From positions 5,831-69,830 of the forward strand of contig JACQZF010000001.1 in the NCBI GenBank assembly GCA_016213945.1: 64,000 nt of DNA. Direction: 5' to 3'. The DNA comes from Nitrospirota bacterium. GTDB lineage: Bacteria > Nitrospirota > Thermodesulfovibrionia > UBA6902. The notes below the pieces were generated by a model. That model had not been told where the DNA came from, did not search any database, and was given only the letters and a program-made list of their open reading frames with translations. The stretch's first letter is position 1, and each line of letters starts with the position of its first letter. Both the position numbers and the translations under genes were made by a program. This document shows, piece after piece, positions 9,695 to 19,773 of the stretch.

Positions 9695-10105
9695 ATGGTA
9701 ATCACAGATTATATAATGCTATTGCACAAAAGGGCTTCAATAAAGCCTGGTTCAACCGGGCGGGAAATTGCTTACAAGCTTATGTCAACCGGCCTGCCTG
9801 GGCTTCCGGTAGTAAATGAAAGTGACGAGGTCATAGGAGTGGTGACAGCATTTGATCTTCTTGGAAATATACGGGAAGGAGTGGACCTCTCTGAAATTGC
9901 CGCGGAGAAGATAATGTCAAAAGAGCCAAAGACCGCTGATATGAAGACTTCCGCCGAGGAGCTTATAGAAATAATGCTCGAAAACAATTTCACGATGATC
10001 CCTGTTGTAAAAGACAGAAAGCTTGTGGGAATAATAGACAGAACTTCTTTATTAAATGCCTACGTAGAGCCGGTGCTTCATCGATATTTTGGTGAACACA
10101 AATGA
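9695..10105 (+). CDS. CBS-domain pair protein
   Basis: Two CBS motifs (LPGLPVVNESDEVIGVVTAFDLL; FTMIPVVKDRKLVGIIDRTSLL). Start moved to the ATG at 9695, which follows AAAGGAGG. Confidence 0.7.
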   Translation: MVITDYIMLLHKRASIKPGSTGREIAYKLMSTGLPGLPVVNESDEVIGVVTAFDLLGNIREGVDLSEIAAEKIMSKEPKTADMKTSAEELIEIMLENNFTMIPVVKDRKLVGIIDRTSLLNAYVEPVLHRYFGEHK

Positions 10106-11343
10106 TAAGGCTTATTTTGATTCTCTTGCTTGCGACAAGCATTGCGTATCTATCTGCTTATGCTGAAGATGTAAGCCTGCACGGCTTTCTCCAGGGCAAC
10201 TATTCTGTTGATACCGCTAAATCAAATCCAAACGGTAAGGACTTCAAATGGGCGGAGGAAAGAGTCCAGTTAAAGCTTGATGCAAGCAAAGAGCCGTTCC
10301 GTCTGTTTTTGAAAACCGACATCTTCTACGACCACATTGACGATGCATCCCATTTAGACGTGAGAGAGGGGTATGCCGATTACACGTCTTCAATCTGGGA
10401 TGCAAGAACCGGCAGACAGATTATCACATGGGGGTTTGGGGATTTGATCTTTATCAACGATGTATTCCCGAAAGACTATGAGGCATTTTTCTCTGGGAGG
10501 CCGCTGGAATATCTGAAGATCGGTAGTGATGCTGTAAAGATCGGCATGTATCCGTCCTTTGCCTCTGCCGAGTTGATTATTATCCCGTTCTTTGAACCGA
10601 ACAACTTTCCCGATCACAAGAGATTCTTCATGTTTAATCCCATGCCTGCTGTAACAGAGAGGGAAGAAGAAAAACCGGCAACTACATTTGAAAACACGGA
10701 AGTTGCCTTCAGATTATATCGTGATGTGGCGGGCATGGATGCGTCATTGTATTTCTATCGCGGCTTTTTCAGGCAGCCTTCAATGCTTCCTGACAGTATA
10801 ACATCACCGGCAAAGATCGACCTCGTTTATCCTGAGCTTACCGTTTACGGCGCGAGCCTTCAGGGCAGGGCGTTAGATGGAGTTCTCAGTCTTGAGGCAG
10901 GATATTATGATTCAAGAGAAGACAGGGACGGCACAGACCCGATGGTCCCGAATTCACAGACAAGGTTTCTCGTTGGCTATCAGAGACAGATGTGGGAAGA
11001 CTGCACCCTCGGCCTTCAATACTACAGCGAATACATGGATGATTATTCAGAGTATGAAGAGAATCTCCCCTCCGGATTTCCGCAGGAAAAGAAACTGCAC
11101 CAGCTTGCCTCCGTGAGGCTTACACAATTTTTGATACATCAGACACTGCGGTTTTCCTTCTTTTCCTTCTACAGTCCGTCAGATGATGATTATCTGTTAA
11201 ACCCGGAAGTCAAATACAATTTCACCGATTCCGTGTGGGCGGCAGTTGGAGCGAGTGTATTTGGCGGCGGTGATGAGTGGGACCAGTTCGGGAGTCTTGA
11301 TGAGAATGACAATATTTATGTGCAAATAAGATATGAATTTTAA
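10102..11343 (+). CDS. Putative outer-membrane beta-barrel protein (DUF1302-like)
   Basis: Signal peptide MIRLILILLLATSIAYLSAYA. Alternating hydrophobic/aromatic beta-strand pattern. C-terminal aromatic residue (YVQIRYEF) typical of outer-membrane barrels. ATGA overlap with upstream gene. Confidence 0.5.
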   Translation: MIRLILILLLATSIAYLSAYAEDVSLHGFLQGNYSVDTAKSNPNGKDFKWAEERVQLKLDASKEPFRLFLKTDIFYDHIDDASHLDVREGYADYTSSIWDARTGRQIITWGFGDLIFINDVFPKDYEAFFSGRPLEYLKIGSDAVKIGMYPSFASAELIIIPFFEPNNFPDHKRFFMFNPMPAVTEREEEKPATTFENTEVAFRLYRDVAGMDASLYFYRGFFRQPSMLPDSITSPAKIDLVYPELTVYGASLQGRALDGVLSLEAGYYDSREDRDGTDPMVPNSQTRFLVGYQRQMWEDCTLGLQYYSEYMDDYSEYEENLPSGFPQEKKLHQLASVRLTQFLIHQTLRFSFFSFYSPSDDDYLLNPEVKYNFTDSVWAAVGASVFGGGDEWDQFGSLDENDNIYVQIRYEF

Positions 11344-11470
11344 CCTACAGTAAACCTTATCTTTGCGAAGTTTCAAAGTGACTGGATCATGATTGAAGCT
11401 GAATTAAATTTTTGTCTGTCCGGTCGCTGTTTTCTTTGGAGTTTCTTTAATTAAAAACAGAATAAAAAAA

Positions 11471-11501
11471 CTCCAGCAGCCGAAAAAATCGGCCGCTGGA
11501 G
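11471..11501. terminator. Bidirectional rho-independent terminator between convergent genes
   Basis: Hairpin CTCCAGCAGCCGA-aaaaa-TCGGCCGCTGGAG flanked by an A7 run upstream and TTTCTCTT downstream, so there is a U-run after the stem on both strands. Confidence 0.65.
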
Positions 11502-11520
11502 TTTCTCTTACGATCTTCCA

Positions 11521-11823
11521 TTACCCGCCGGCATACCCGCCAGGCACATCGCTGTCAGTAAGTGGAACGGACGAAGTAGTTTCACTCTCAACACCGAATT
11601 TACTCCAGTCAATCGGGCAGGATTTGGAGAAAATTTCCATCTTCCACTCAACTGACTCTATAAGCTCATTCAGGTGTCTCATGTGGGAACCCAAGACCTT
11701 CTTGTCCTTTCCCTCCATGTACTCGATCTCGTTCACTAACCCGTTGAGTCTGCTCTTAATATCAGAGAGCTCTTTATACAGCATGTCACAATATCCTTTT
11801 ATGTCAATATGTTTTACCGCCAT
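11521..11823 (-). CDS. Hypothetical protein (100 aa)
   Basis: Clean ORF followed by a strong terminator. No recognisable family. Confidence 0.4.
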   Translation of the reverse strand: MAVKHIDIKGYCDMLYKELSDIKSRLNGLVNEIEYMEGKDKKVLGSHMRHLNELIESVEWKMEIFSKSCPIDWSKFGVESETTSSVPLTDSDVPGGYAGG

Positions 11824-12050
11824 ATTCAGGGCCTCCTTTCCCAGGCCATATAGCCTGTCACCGGGCTGCGTTATGATTCACGGCCCGATGTCTTCTTCTA
11901 ATTTAATCGTATCGCGATTTTTGACGGCTGTCAAGGCCATTGGTAGGGTTCAACAACTATTGTCTAAGAAATTGTCATTATTGCTACTCTATGCGGCAAT
12001 ATGCTTATTCGCTCATTACAGGCGAAAATCCCTTGTACGGATATTAGCGG

Positions 12051-13070
12051 TTACTTCTGTCCCCAGCGAGCCCCTACTATTATCTCCTCGCTGCTTGTCA
12101 CGATAATGGCGGAGGATGTTGTCGGCTGAACTGAAACGATTTGTATCTTGCCTGTTGACCGCTCTACAGGCACATCTGCAAGTGTTGAAAAGACATCCCC
12201 TGCTTCAAGGCCATCATTTCGACCTTTGTCAAGAAAGACAATCGCGCCTTCCCCTGACATCTGAGTGTTTGAAAACGATTCAACCACGTAACCTTTTTTA
12301 TCGGGGGTCCTGACAACGCCGGGGATAAGGGGTGGCTCCATCTCCTGGTAAGGCAACAGTCCGTCGCTTACCTGAATATCTTCAAAAGACTCTGTTATCT
12401 TTGCCTTTGGCAGACCATTATCAGTCCCGGTAACTTCTACAATGCCGGTTACCCTTATCTGGTGCCCTAACTTTTTATGCGTTACAGGATGGTGAACTAT
12501 TTTTACGTCCCTGATTGTGAAGAACTTATTTTCAGGACCTACGTTCTTATTAAATTCAAGGTAAACAAAATCACCTCTTCCCAGCAGGGTGCGGTTTGTA
12601 GGCGAAGAAACTATCTTACCTATGCCGGGGAATTCATCCGCTATCCAGCCGCTTGATATGTAGAGGTTTTTATTGACTATATATTTCTTGCCTGCTTCCG
12701 CGAGAAATTCAAATTTGGATGCGGCTTCAGTAGCAACTACCGGTTTATTGAATGGTTTAGAAAACGGCTTATCCGCAGCCTGGGTTTCTTTCTTTTCCTC
12801 GGGTGCAAGAGGTTTTGTCTCCTGCATTAACTTTTCTTTTGACGGGATTATAATCTTTTCGCCGGGATGAATAAGGTCCGGATTGCTGATATGAGGGTTA
12901 ACACTCCATATCTTGGGCCAGAGAAAATTATCCTGTAACTTACTGCCGGAAATACCCCAGAGAGTATCACTCTTCTGAACTGTGTATTCCTCGGATGAAG
13001 CATCCTGAGCGTGAGCGTAAGCGGCACAAAACAACAGAGAAATGACGAAGACAATAAAAAAATTTTTCAT
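12051..13070 (-). CDS. LysM domain-containing secreted protein
   Basis: Signal peptide. LysM motif YTVQKSDTLWGISGSKL...IHPGEKIIIP. Pro/Lys-rich linker, then a C-terminal domain. Confidence 0.7.
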   Translation of the reverse strand: MKNFFIVFVISLLFCAAYAHAQDASSEEYTVQKSDTLWGISGSKLQDNFLWPKIWSVNPHISNPDLIHPGEKIIIPSKEKLMQETKPLAPEEKKETQAADKPFSKPFNKPVVATEAASKFEFLAEAGKKYIVNKNLYISSGWIADEFPGIGKIVSSPTNRTLLGRGDFVYLEFNKNVGPENKFFTIRDVKIVHHPVTHKKLGHQIRVTGIVEVTGTDNGLPKAKITESFEDIQVSDGLLPYQEMEPPLIPGVVRTPDKKGYVVESFSNTQMSGEGAIVFLDKGRNDGLEAGDVFSTLADVPVERSTGKIQIVSVQPTTSSAIIVTSSEEIIVGARWGQK

Positions 13071-13181
13071 ATTATTTCTCCTTCTCCAATCAATATCTGC
13101 AAACTACACACCTTACAATATCGAAGTACGGCGCTTGTGTCAAGTTTAACATGCCTGTATGATATTTCCATGTAATTTATA

Positions 13182-14372
13182 TCACGTTGTGTAATGCGCG
13201 TTGATTTCAATATACTTCTCCGTTAAATCGCAAGTTAGGACTTTGGCGCTTTTAGTCCCTGACCTTAAATTAATAGTGATTGTTATGTCTTTATTTGCAA
13301 GTAGTTTCCGGGCGATTGCTTCTTTCCCTGTGCCTGTGCCCCTGCTTACCAGTTTAATTTTATCAAGGTAAATATCCAGTTTATTCTCATCCACTTTTGC
13401 ACCTGAATAACCGGTTGCAGCTATGATCCTCCCCCAATTCGGGTCCATGCCGTAAATCGCAGTCTTTACAAGCATCGAATCAGCCACTGCCCTGGCAACC
13501 TTCTCCGCATCCCCCTCTGTGCCTGCTCCCTTGACGACGATCTCAACAAGCTTGGTTGCGCCCTCTCCGTCCTGAACTATCATTTTTGAAAGCTCGTGTG
13601 TCACCTCGTCCAATGCGTTTGCGAATTTCCGGTACAGAGGTGAATTTTTAGTGATCGGGGCATTTTTCAGCAAACCGTTCGCCATAACCATCGCTGTATC
13701 ATTTGTGCTCATGTCATTATCAATCCTGATCCTGTTGAATGACCTCTGCACCGCATCTTTCAACGCTGAACCAAGGGCCTGAGGTTTTATCGCAATGTCA
13801 GTCATTATGAAACACAGCATAGTGGCCATGTTCGGACAGATCATTCCGGCCCCCTTTGCAATGCCTGCTATAGTACCTGTTTTCCCGCCGATTCGTATTT
13901 TTCTTGATGATAATTTTGCAAAAGTGTCGGTCGTCATTATTGCTGATGCAACCTGTTGTAATGATGATGGGGAAAGGCTTCCGACCAATTCGGGAATCGC
14001 CTTTTTTATCTTTTCTATTGGAAGCGGCCTGCCTATAACGCCTGTAGAGGATGCGTAGACAAGCGCGGGTGAAATGCCGAGTTCCTTTGCAAGGCTGTCA
14101 ATCGTATCCTTAGCGTCTTTGATTCCACGGTTGCCTGTGCAGGCATTTGCGTTGCCGCTGTTTACGATGATTGCCTGTCCCTTTTGGGAAGCAATGTGTT
14201 TTAAAGCGAGCTTTACGGGAGCGGCTTTTATTTTGTTGGTTGTAAACACACCTGCAGTCACTGCCGGTGTCTCTGAAAATATCAGGGCAAGGTCATTTGC
14301 AGAGGATTTTTTTATTCCTGCCGATATGCCGGCGAATCTGAATCCGGGAATTATAGCTGTAGCTTGTCTCAT
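13182..14372 (-). CDS. argJ: Bifunctional glutamate N-acetyltransferase / amino-acid acetyltransferase
   Basis: ArgJ family length (396 aa) and the autoproteolytic ATML site (PNMATMLCFIMTDIA). Confidence 0.9.
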   Translation of the reverse strand: MRQATAIIPGFRFAGISAGIKKSSANDLALIFSETPAVTAGVFTTNKIKAAPVKLALKHIASQKGQAIIVNSGNANACTGNRGIKDAKDTIDSLAKELGISPALVYASSTGVIGRPLPIEKIKKAIPELVGSLSPSSLQQVASAIMTTDTFAKLSSRKIRIGGKTGTIAGIAKGAGMICPNMATMLCFIMTDIAIKPQALGSALKDAVQRSFNRIRIDNDMSTNDTAMVMANGLLKNAPITKNSPLYRKFANALDEVTHELSKMIVQDGEGATKLVEIVVKGAGTEGDAEKVARAVADSMLVKTAIYGMDPNWGRIIAATGYSGAKVDENKLDIYLDKIKLVSRGTGTGKEAIARKLLANKDITITINLRSGTKSAKVLTCDLTEKYIEINAHYTT

Positions 14373-15409
14373 CAGGGAGACGGCGGGGATGCCAACAGTC
14401 CGGCGGTTTCACCAAAGCCACACATGATATTCATATTCTGAACCGCAGCACCGGAGGCGCCTTTTAAAAGGTTGTCGATTGCGCTTACGACTATCAATGA
14501 TTGTGTCCGTTTATCATGAAACACGGACAAGTCACAGAAGTTGGTCCCTTTTACGGCCTTTGTAGTGGGATATACCCCATTATTCAAAACCCTGACAAAA
14601 GGCTCGTCTTTATAAAATTCATTGTAGAGCTTCTGCACTCCTGGCAGGTTTACTTTCTTTTTTAGGCGAATATAGATTGTGCTGAGAATGCCTCTGTCTA
14701 TAGGCATGAGGTGAGGCGTAAAGATTATCTTTATTTTCTTCTTCGATATAGCGCTTAATTCCTGTTCTATTTCCGGTGTATGACGGTGAGTCGTTACTGC
14801 GTAAGCCTTTACTGATTCGTTTACTTCGCAGAACATAAGCGGCTGTGCAGGGCTTCTGCCGGCGCCGGAGGTCCCGGATTTTGAATCAACAATAATTGAA
14901 TCAGCGTCTATAAAATCTTTGCCAATCACCGGAGCAAGCGCAAGTATCGCGCTCGTTGGATAGCAGCCGGGATTGGCAATAATTGATGCCTTTTTGATTT
15001 GCTTCCTGTAAATTTCAGGGAGTCCGTAAACCGCCTTTTTTAATAAGGCTGGGAAATTATGAGAGGTGTTATACCAGTCCTGATACACCTTAACATTTTT
15101 TATCCTGTAGTCAGCGGAAAAATCCACCACCTTCTTTCCAGCTTTATGAAGAGCGGCAACCGCCTCCTGCGAGGTCTTGTGCGGCAGGCAGAGAAAAAAA
15201 AGGTCTGCCTTCTCCTTCAGGGTTTTCAAGTCAAGAGGTTCGAACTTTAAATCGGTGTTTCTCAGGTGGAGGAATGAATCGACTATTTTTGTCCCGGCTG
15301 AACGCTCTGAAGTAACTGCTGTTACTTCCACATGCGGATGGCTGAGGAGCAATCTCAGGAGTTCAGAACCTGCATATCCGCTCCCTCCCAATATGGCAGC
15401 TTTTAACAT
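14372..15409 (-). CDS. argC: N-acetyl-gamma-glutamyl-phosphate reductase
   Basis: N-terminal Rossmann motif MLKAAILGGSGYAGSELLRLL. Active-site Cys region ANPGCYPT. Confidence 0.9.
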   Translation of the reverse strand: MLKAAILGGSGYAGSELLRLLLSHPHVEVTAVTSERSAGTKIVDSFLHLRNTDLKFEPLDLKTLKEKADLFFLCLPHKTSQEAVAALHKAGKKVVDFSADYRIKNVKVYQDWYNTSHNFPALLKKAVYGLPEIYRKQIKKASIIANPGCYPTSAILALAPVIGKDFIDADSIIVDSKSGTSGAGRSPAQPLMFCEVNESVKAYAVTTHRHTPEIEQELSAISKKKIKIIFTPHLMPIDRGILSTIYIRLKKKVNLPGVQKLYNEFYKDEPFVRVLNNGVYPTTKAVKGTNFCDLSVFHDKRTQSLIVVSAIDNLLKGASGAAVQNMNIMCGFGETAGLLASPPSP

Positions 15410-15520
15410 TTAAATACCGTAATGAGAAGTCCGTGATGAGTTATGTGTGAAAAATAGATGCGCAGCAATAAAATAATTTATCATTTATCTCATTACGCGT
15501 TACACATCACAGTCTCTATG

Positions 15521-15913
15521 TTATCTCTTAGAGAACTGGAAGCGTGCTCTCGCGCCCTTTTGACCGTATTTCTTTCTTTCAACAGCCCTTGGATCTCTTG
15601 TAAGAAGGCCTTCTTTTTTTAGTTTTCCCCTGAAATCTGAATTGAGCAGCGTAAGTGCCCTTGATATGCCGTGCCTTATCGCTAAAGCCTGTCCGCTTAC
15701 ACCGCCGCCGTTAACCCTTATAGTGATATCATACTTGCCGACAACCCCTACAATGTTCAACGGCTGCTGTATTATCATCTTCATTGTCTCGTAAGGGAAA
15801 TAATCATTGAGTGGTTTTTTATTTACGGTAATATTCCCTGGTCCGGGCTTAATGAATACCTGAGCGATTGATGTCTTTCTTCTGCCGGTTGCGTTATATT
15901 GTATTTCCGCCAT
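15521..15913 (-). CDS. rpsI: 30S ribosomal protein S9
   Basis: 130 aa, C-terminal ...[23 protein letters not shown]. Confidence 0.9.
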   Translation of the reverse strand: MAEIQYNATGRRKTSIAQVFIKPGPGNITVNKKPLNDYFPYETMKMIIQQPLNIVGVVGKYDITIRVNGGGVSGQALAIRHGISRALTLLNSDFRGKLKKEGLLTRDPRAVERKKYGQKGARARFQFSKR

Positions 15914-15932
15914 CTTTTTAAAACTCCTTATG

Positions 15933-16364
15933 TTAATTTAATGTTAATGCCTCAGGTTTTTGTGCCTGATGAGAATGTTCAGCCCCGCCGAATACCTTCA
16001 GCTTTTTAAACTGTTGCCTTCCGAGCCTGTTTTTGGGCAGCATCCCTTTTACCGCTTCCATAATTATTTGTTCTGGAGAATCCTTCATGATTTCCTTAGC
16101 GGTCTTCATCTTTATTCCCCCCGGATAACCGGAATGATGGTAGTATGCCTTTTTTTCAAGCTTGTTGCCTGTAAAACGAACCTTGCCTGCATTTACAACA
16201 ATAACAAAGTCACCGGTATCTGCGTGAGGCGTAAAGATAGGTTTATTCTTGCCTCTCAGTATGGCTGCGACCCTTGCTGCAAGCCTTCCAACAACCATGC
16301 CATCAGCATCAACAAGATGCCATTTTCTTACAACGTCTGTATTCTTTGCAAATAAAGTCTTCAT
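15933..16364 (-). CDS. rplM: 50S ribosomal protein L13
   Basis: 143 aa, [33 protein letters not shown]... canonical L13 N-terminus. Confidence 0.9.
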   Translation of the reverse strand: MKTLFAKNTDVVRKWHLVDADGMVVGRLAARVAAILRGKNKPIFTPHADTGDFVIVVNAGKVRFTGNKLEKKAYYHHSGYPGGIKMKTAKEIMKDSPEQIIMEAVKGMLPKNRLGRQQFKKLKVFGGAEHSHQAQKPEALTLN

Positions 16365-16509
16365 GTTACCTCTCAGAAATGCGTAATTTTGACGACATTA
16401 AACATAACATGATAATTGATTATGTTTTTAATTGTCAATATCGTGAATAAAAAAACAATTTGTTTTATTGTCAGCTTAGAATAAAAGCGGTAAGTGACGA
16501 CGATAAGCC

Positions 16510-16677
16510 CTACACTCTGTCACATGAACGGTTAGTCAATTTTTCCCAGGCGCCGGCGTCCATTTCATTTATATATTCTTCTATCGAAAAGTTTTTGCCG
16601 CATTCCATGCAGCGCAGTTGAACGGACTTTCAGCCTACTTTCAAATTGAGTTTGCCGTTACATTCTTTACATTTCAT
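16510..16677 (-). pseudogene. Small zinc-ribbon ORF (two CxxC pairs) interrupted by an in-frame TGA
   Basis: Minus-strand translation: MKCKECNGKLNLKVG-TGA-KSVQLRCMECGKNFSIEEYINEMDAGAWEKLTNRSCDRV*. Not in the ORF track because it is split by the stop at 16630..16632. Confidence 0.3.
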
Positions 16678-17072
16678 ATCTCTTCCACCTTTGAGATTTA
16701 TTTGCCTAATAAAATCGTTCTTAATAAATAATAATATAATTATTCTATAAAAGTGAAGTTGTTTTAAAAGTTGTTTTTCCTGTTAAATGGAAAACAGCTT
16801 GTTCTTAATACGGTTTCTTTCTGAACACATTGTAACCTTATGCTTGATTTTTCTTCTAACCATCTGTTAAAAAAGATAACATCTATATTATATTTTTTAC
16901 ATGATAGTATTCCAATTTTCCTTAATATTATTCAGATTGCTAATAACTTTATAAAAGAGAGATACCTATTGGTTGCAAAAGAACATCTCCTTAGCAAATT
17001 AAACTTGGCGCTAATTAATTATCTTTTTTGCCTCCAGGATTCTTATCTTCGTATATTGTTGCTATCAGAGAG

Positions 17073-17819
17073 ATGCCAATGAAAGACAATACGGTCCTTA
17101 TTAGCGGCGCAACAAGAGGTATAGGCAGGGCCATTGCAGTTGAATTGGCAGGTGAAGGCGCTAATATCAGTTTTAATTACTTAAAGAGCGGCAGAGAGGC
17201 TGCTGAACTGGAAAATGAAATAAAAAACCTGGGCGCCAACGCTAAGTCATTTCAGGCTGATATAAAAGATTTTCAAGCGGTGAGGTCATGGGTTGATAAA
17301 ACAAAGGAGCTGTTCGGCAGGATCGACATCGTGATTAACAATGCCGGTGTGATCAAAGACAAAGCGCTTGCCCTTATGGAATCTGATGATTGGCGGGAAG
17401 TGATCAATACTAATCTGGAAGGGACTTTCAACCTTACACGGGCCGCGATCGTAACACTGATGAAACAGAAAAGCGGCGTTGTTATTAATATCACTTCAGT
17501 AAGCGGTATTGTAGGTCTGCCACGGCAAACCAATTACTCCGCATCCAAAGCCGGGATAATCGGATTTACAAAATCTCTTGCAAAAGAGGTCGCCCCTTAC
17601 AATATCAGGGTCAACGCGATTGCTCCGGGTTTCATCGAAACAGATATGCTTAAAGTTCTCACAGAGGAATACAAGAATCAAATATTAAAACAAATACCTT
17701 TAAACAGATTGGGCAGGCCCCGGGAAGTGGCAAAGATGGTAAAATTCTTAGTAAGCGATGACGCCGGCTATATAACAGGCCAGACAATAGCCATTGACGG
17801 CGGAATGAGCATGATGTAA
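17073..17819 (+). CDS. fabG: 3-oxoacyl-ACP reductase (SDR family)
   Basis: ISGATRGIGRAIA cofactor motif, NNAG, catalytic YxxxK region (YSASKAG). Start moved to the internal ATG (MPMKDNT...). Confidence 0.8.
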   Translation: MPMKDNTVLISGATRGIGRAIAVELAGEGANISFNYLKSGREAAELENEIKNLGANAKSFQADIKDFQAVRSWVDKTKELFGRIDIVINNAGVIKDKALALMESDDWREVINTNLEGTFNLTRAAIVTLMKQKSGVVINITSVSGIVGLPRQTNYSASKAGIIGFTKSLAKEVAPYNIRVNAIAPGFIETDMLKVLTEEYKNQILKQIPLNRLGRPREVAKMVKFLVSDDAGYITGQTIAIDGGMSMM

Positions 17820-17823
17820 GGAA

Positions 17824-19056
17824 ATGCAAAAAAGACGGATCGTGATAACGGGTTTAGGTGTGATCGCCCCAAACGGCATCGGCAAAGAAGATTTCTGGTC
17901 GGCTTTAAAAGAAGGCCGTTCAGGTATCAGGCCTATCAGCAGATTTGATACCGGAGGGTTCAAGTGTAAACTGGGCGGAGAGATTAACAATTTCAAACCC
18001 GCCTATTTCTTAGGATACAAGGGATTAAAAAATCTTGACAGGACTTCAAGGCTGTTATGCTCCGCCGCAAAATTGGCAATGGACGACTCAGGATTAAAAA
18101 TCAACTATGACAACACGGATGATTTCGGAGTCTGCACCGGGACTACCCTGTCTGCGCTATGGAATATCGCTCAATTCGGCAAAGAATTGATAGAAGACGG
18201 TCCGCTTTTTACCAATGCCTCCCTGTTTCCTGCAATGGTAATAAATGCCGCTTCAAGCCAGGTTTCAATCAAGTTCAATATCCAAGGCTTTAATACAACT
18301 ATTTCAACAGGCTACAGTTCAAGCATAGATGCATTGAAATACGCTATAGATTTTATCAGAATGGGGAGAATAAAGGCCGTCCTTGTAGGTGCGGTGGAGA
18401 GTCTTTCCCTTGCAAATTTTCTTGGATTTTACCGTCTGGGTTTTTTTGCAGGTATAAACGGCGCAGAAATATCCTGCCCTTTCGACAAACGGAGAAATGG
18501 AGTTGTTTTGGGTGAAGGAGCCGCAGTCATAGTAGTGGAAGATGAGGAATATGCTAAAGAAAGAAAGGCAAATATCTATGCAGAAGTTAAGGATATCGGC
18601 TATTGCTTTGACTCCTATAAGATAGGCAGATATGAACCTGGGGCAAAGGGATTACAAGAAAGCATGAAAAAGGCTCTCAGCAATTCCGCTCTAAATATCA
18701 CTGACATTGACTATATAGGAGCATCGGCAAATTCCGTACCTGAGCAGGACAAACTGGAGACAATAGCAATAAAGGACGTTTTCGGCAGATATGCTTATAA
18801 CATTCCGGTGAGTTCTATCAAGTCAATGATAGGAGAGACTTTCAGTGCAGGCGGCCTTTTTCAGATCGCTGCTTCCATCGGCAGCATGTCCCGTGGCTTT
18901 ATACCGCCTACGATCAACTATGAGATGAGGGATGATGAATGCGACCTTGATTATGTGGCCGGAGCTTCGCGTATTACAAGGATTAATAATGTATTGATCA
19001 ACAATTTTGGACCAGGTGGCAATAGTGCATCGTTGGTTTTATCCAAGTATCACTGA
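17824..19056 (+). CDS. Ketosynthase-like protein lacking the catalytic Cys/His/His (chain-length-factor / KS-beta-like)
   Basis: Thiolase-fold KAS N-terminus (RIVITGLGVIAPNGIG). The position aligned with the active-site T-A-C reads TGY (NTTISTGYSSS). The HGTGT and GHxxGAAG His motifs are replaced by GASANS and GETFSAGG. Confidence 0.65.
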   Translation: MQKRRIVITGLGVIAPNGIGKEDFWSALKEGRSGIRPISRFDTGGFKCKLGGEINNFKPAYFLGYKGLKNLDRTSRLLCSAAKLAMDDSGLKINYDNTDDFGVCTGTTLSALWNIAQFGKELIEDGPLFTNASLFPAMVINAASSQVSIKFNIQGFNTTISTGYSSSIDALKYAIDFIRMGRIKAVLVGAVESLSLANFLGFYRLGFFAGINGAEISCPFDKRRNGVVLGEGAAVIVVEDEEYAKERKANIYAEVKDIGYCFDSYKIGRYEPGAKGLQESMKKALSNSALNITDIDYIGASANSVPEQDKLETIAIKDVFGRYAYNIPVSSIKSMIGETFSAGGLFQIAASIGSMSRGFIPPTINYEMRDDECDLDYVAGASRITRINNVLINNFGPGGNSASLVLSKYH

Positions 19057-19078
19057 AAAGGAGATTTAAGACCGGATT

Positions 19079-19318
19079 ATGACAAACAATAATTTATTAG
19101 AAGAAGAAATAAGACAGCTTGTTTCAAATGTAACTGAAGTCCCTTTTGAAAAACTTACTCTCGACGCGGATTTTTTCAAAGACCTGAACATCGATTCCTT
19201 AAAGGCGATCGAAATTGTGGCGGCTTTTGAAAAAAAGTATAGAATCATTATTCCTGAACAGGACATACCAAAGATCAGAAATCTCAGAAAGATAATTGAA
19301 TATAAGACATCCCGTTAA
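19079..19318 (+). CDS. Acyl carrier protein
   Basis: 79 aa, acidic, phosphopantetheine-attachment DSL motif (DLNIDSLKAIEIV). Confidence 0.7.
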   Translation: MTNNNLLEEEIRQLVSNVTEVPFEKLTLDADFFKDLNIDSLKAIEIVAAFEKKYRIIIPEQDIPKIRNLRKIIEYKTSR

Positions 19319-19329
19319 ATGAACACTGC

Positions 19330-19773
19330 ATGAATTGGGACAAGAAAAAGATAAAATCTGTTTTGCCTCACAGGGAGCCTTTCCTTTTTATTGATGAGGT
19401 AATAGAGACAATTGGCACCGAAAAAGTAGTTGCAGTAAAAAACGTTAAAAGTGATGAAAAATATTTTAAGGGGCACTTCCCGGGCAATCCCGTAATGCCG
19501 GGGGTTCTATTGATTGAAGCAATGGCGCAAGCTTCAATTATTCTATATTCAATCGCCAAACCGGAAATAGCTAAACTTCACCCTGATTATTACCTTGGTA
19601 AAACAAAAGCGGAATTCTTATCGCCGGTATATCCTGGAGACAAACTTATTATAGAGGCAAACTGCATAAAAATTATAGATGAAGCCGGAATTGTCGATAC
19701 CTCAGCACGGGTTAATGACAGGATCGTCGCTAAAGCAAACCTTATATTCAGCGTTCAAAAAAAGAATGAATAG
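19330..19773 (+). CDS. FabZ/FabA-like hot-dog fold beta-hydroxyacyl-ACP dehydratase
   Basis: HFPGNPVMPGVLLIEAMAQA motif typical of FabZ. Confidence 0.75.
   Translation: MNWDKKKIKSVLPHREPFLFIDEVIETIGTEKVVAVKNVKSDEKYFKGHFPGNPVMPGVLLIEAMAQASIILYSIAKPEIAKLHPDYYLGKTKAEFLSPVYPGDKLIIEANCIKIIDEAGIVDTSARVNDRIVAKANLIFSVQKKNE

Noticed and set aside
16840-17082. 80-aa ORF in the AT-rich region upstream of fabG
   Set aside because: Extremely AT-rich, Leu/Ile/Asn-biased translation typical of non-coding AT-rich promoter DNA. More likely the promoter region of the FAS/PKS-like cluster.
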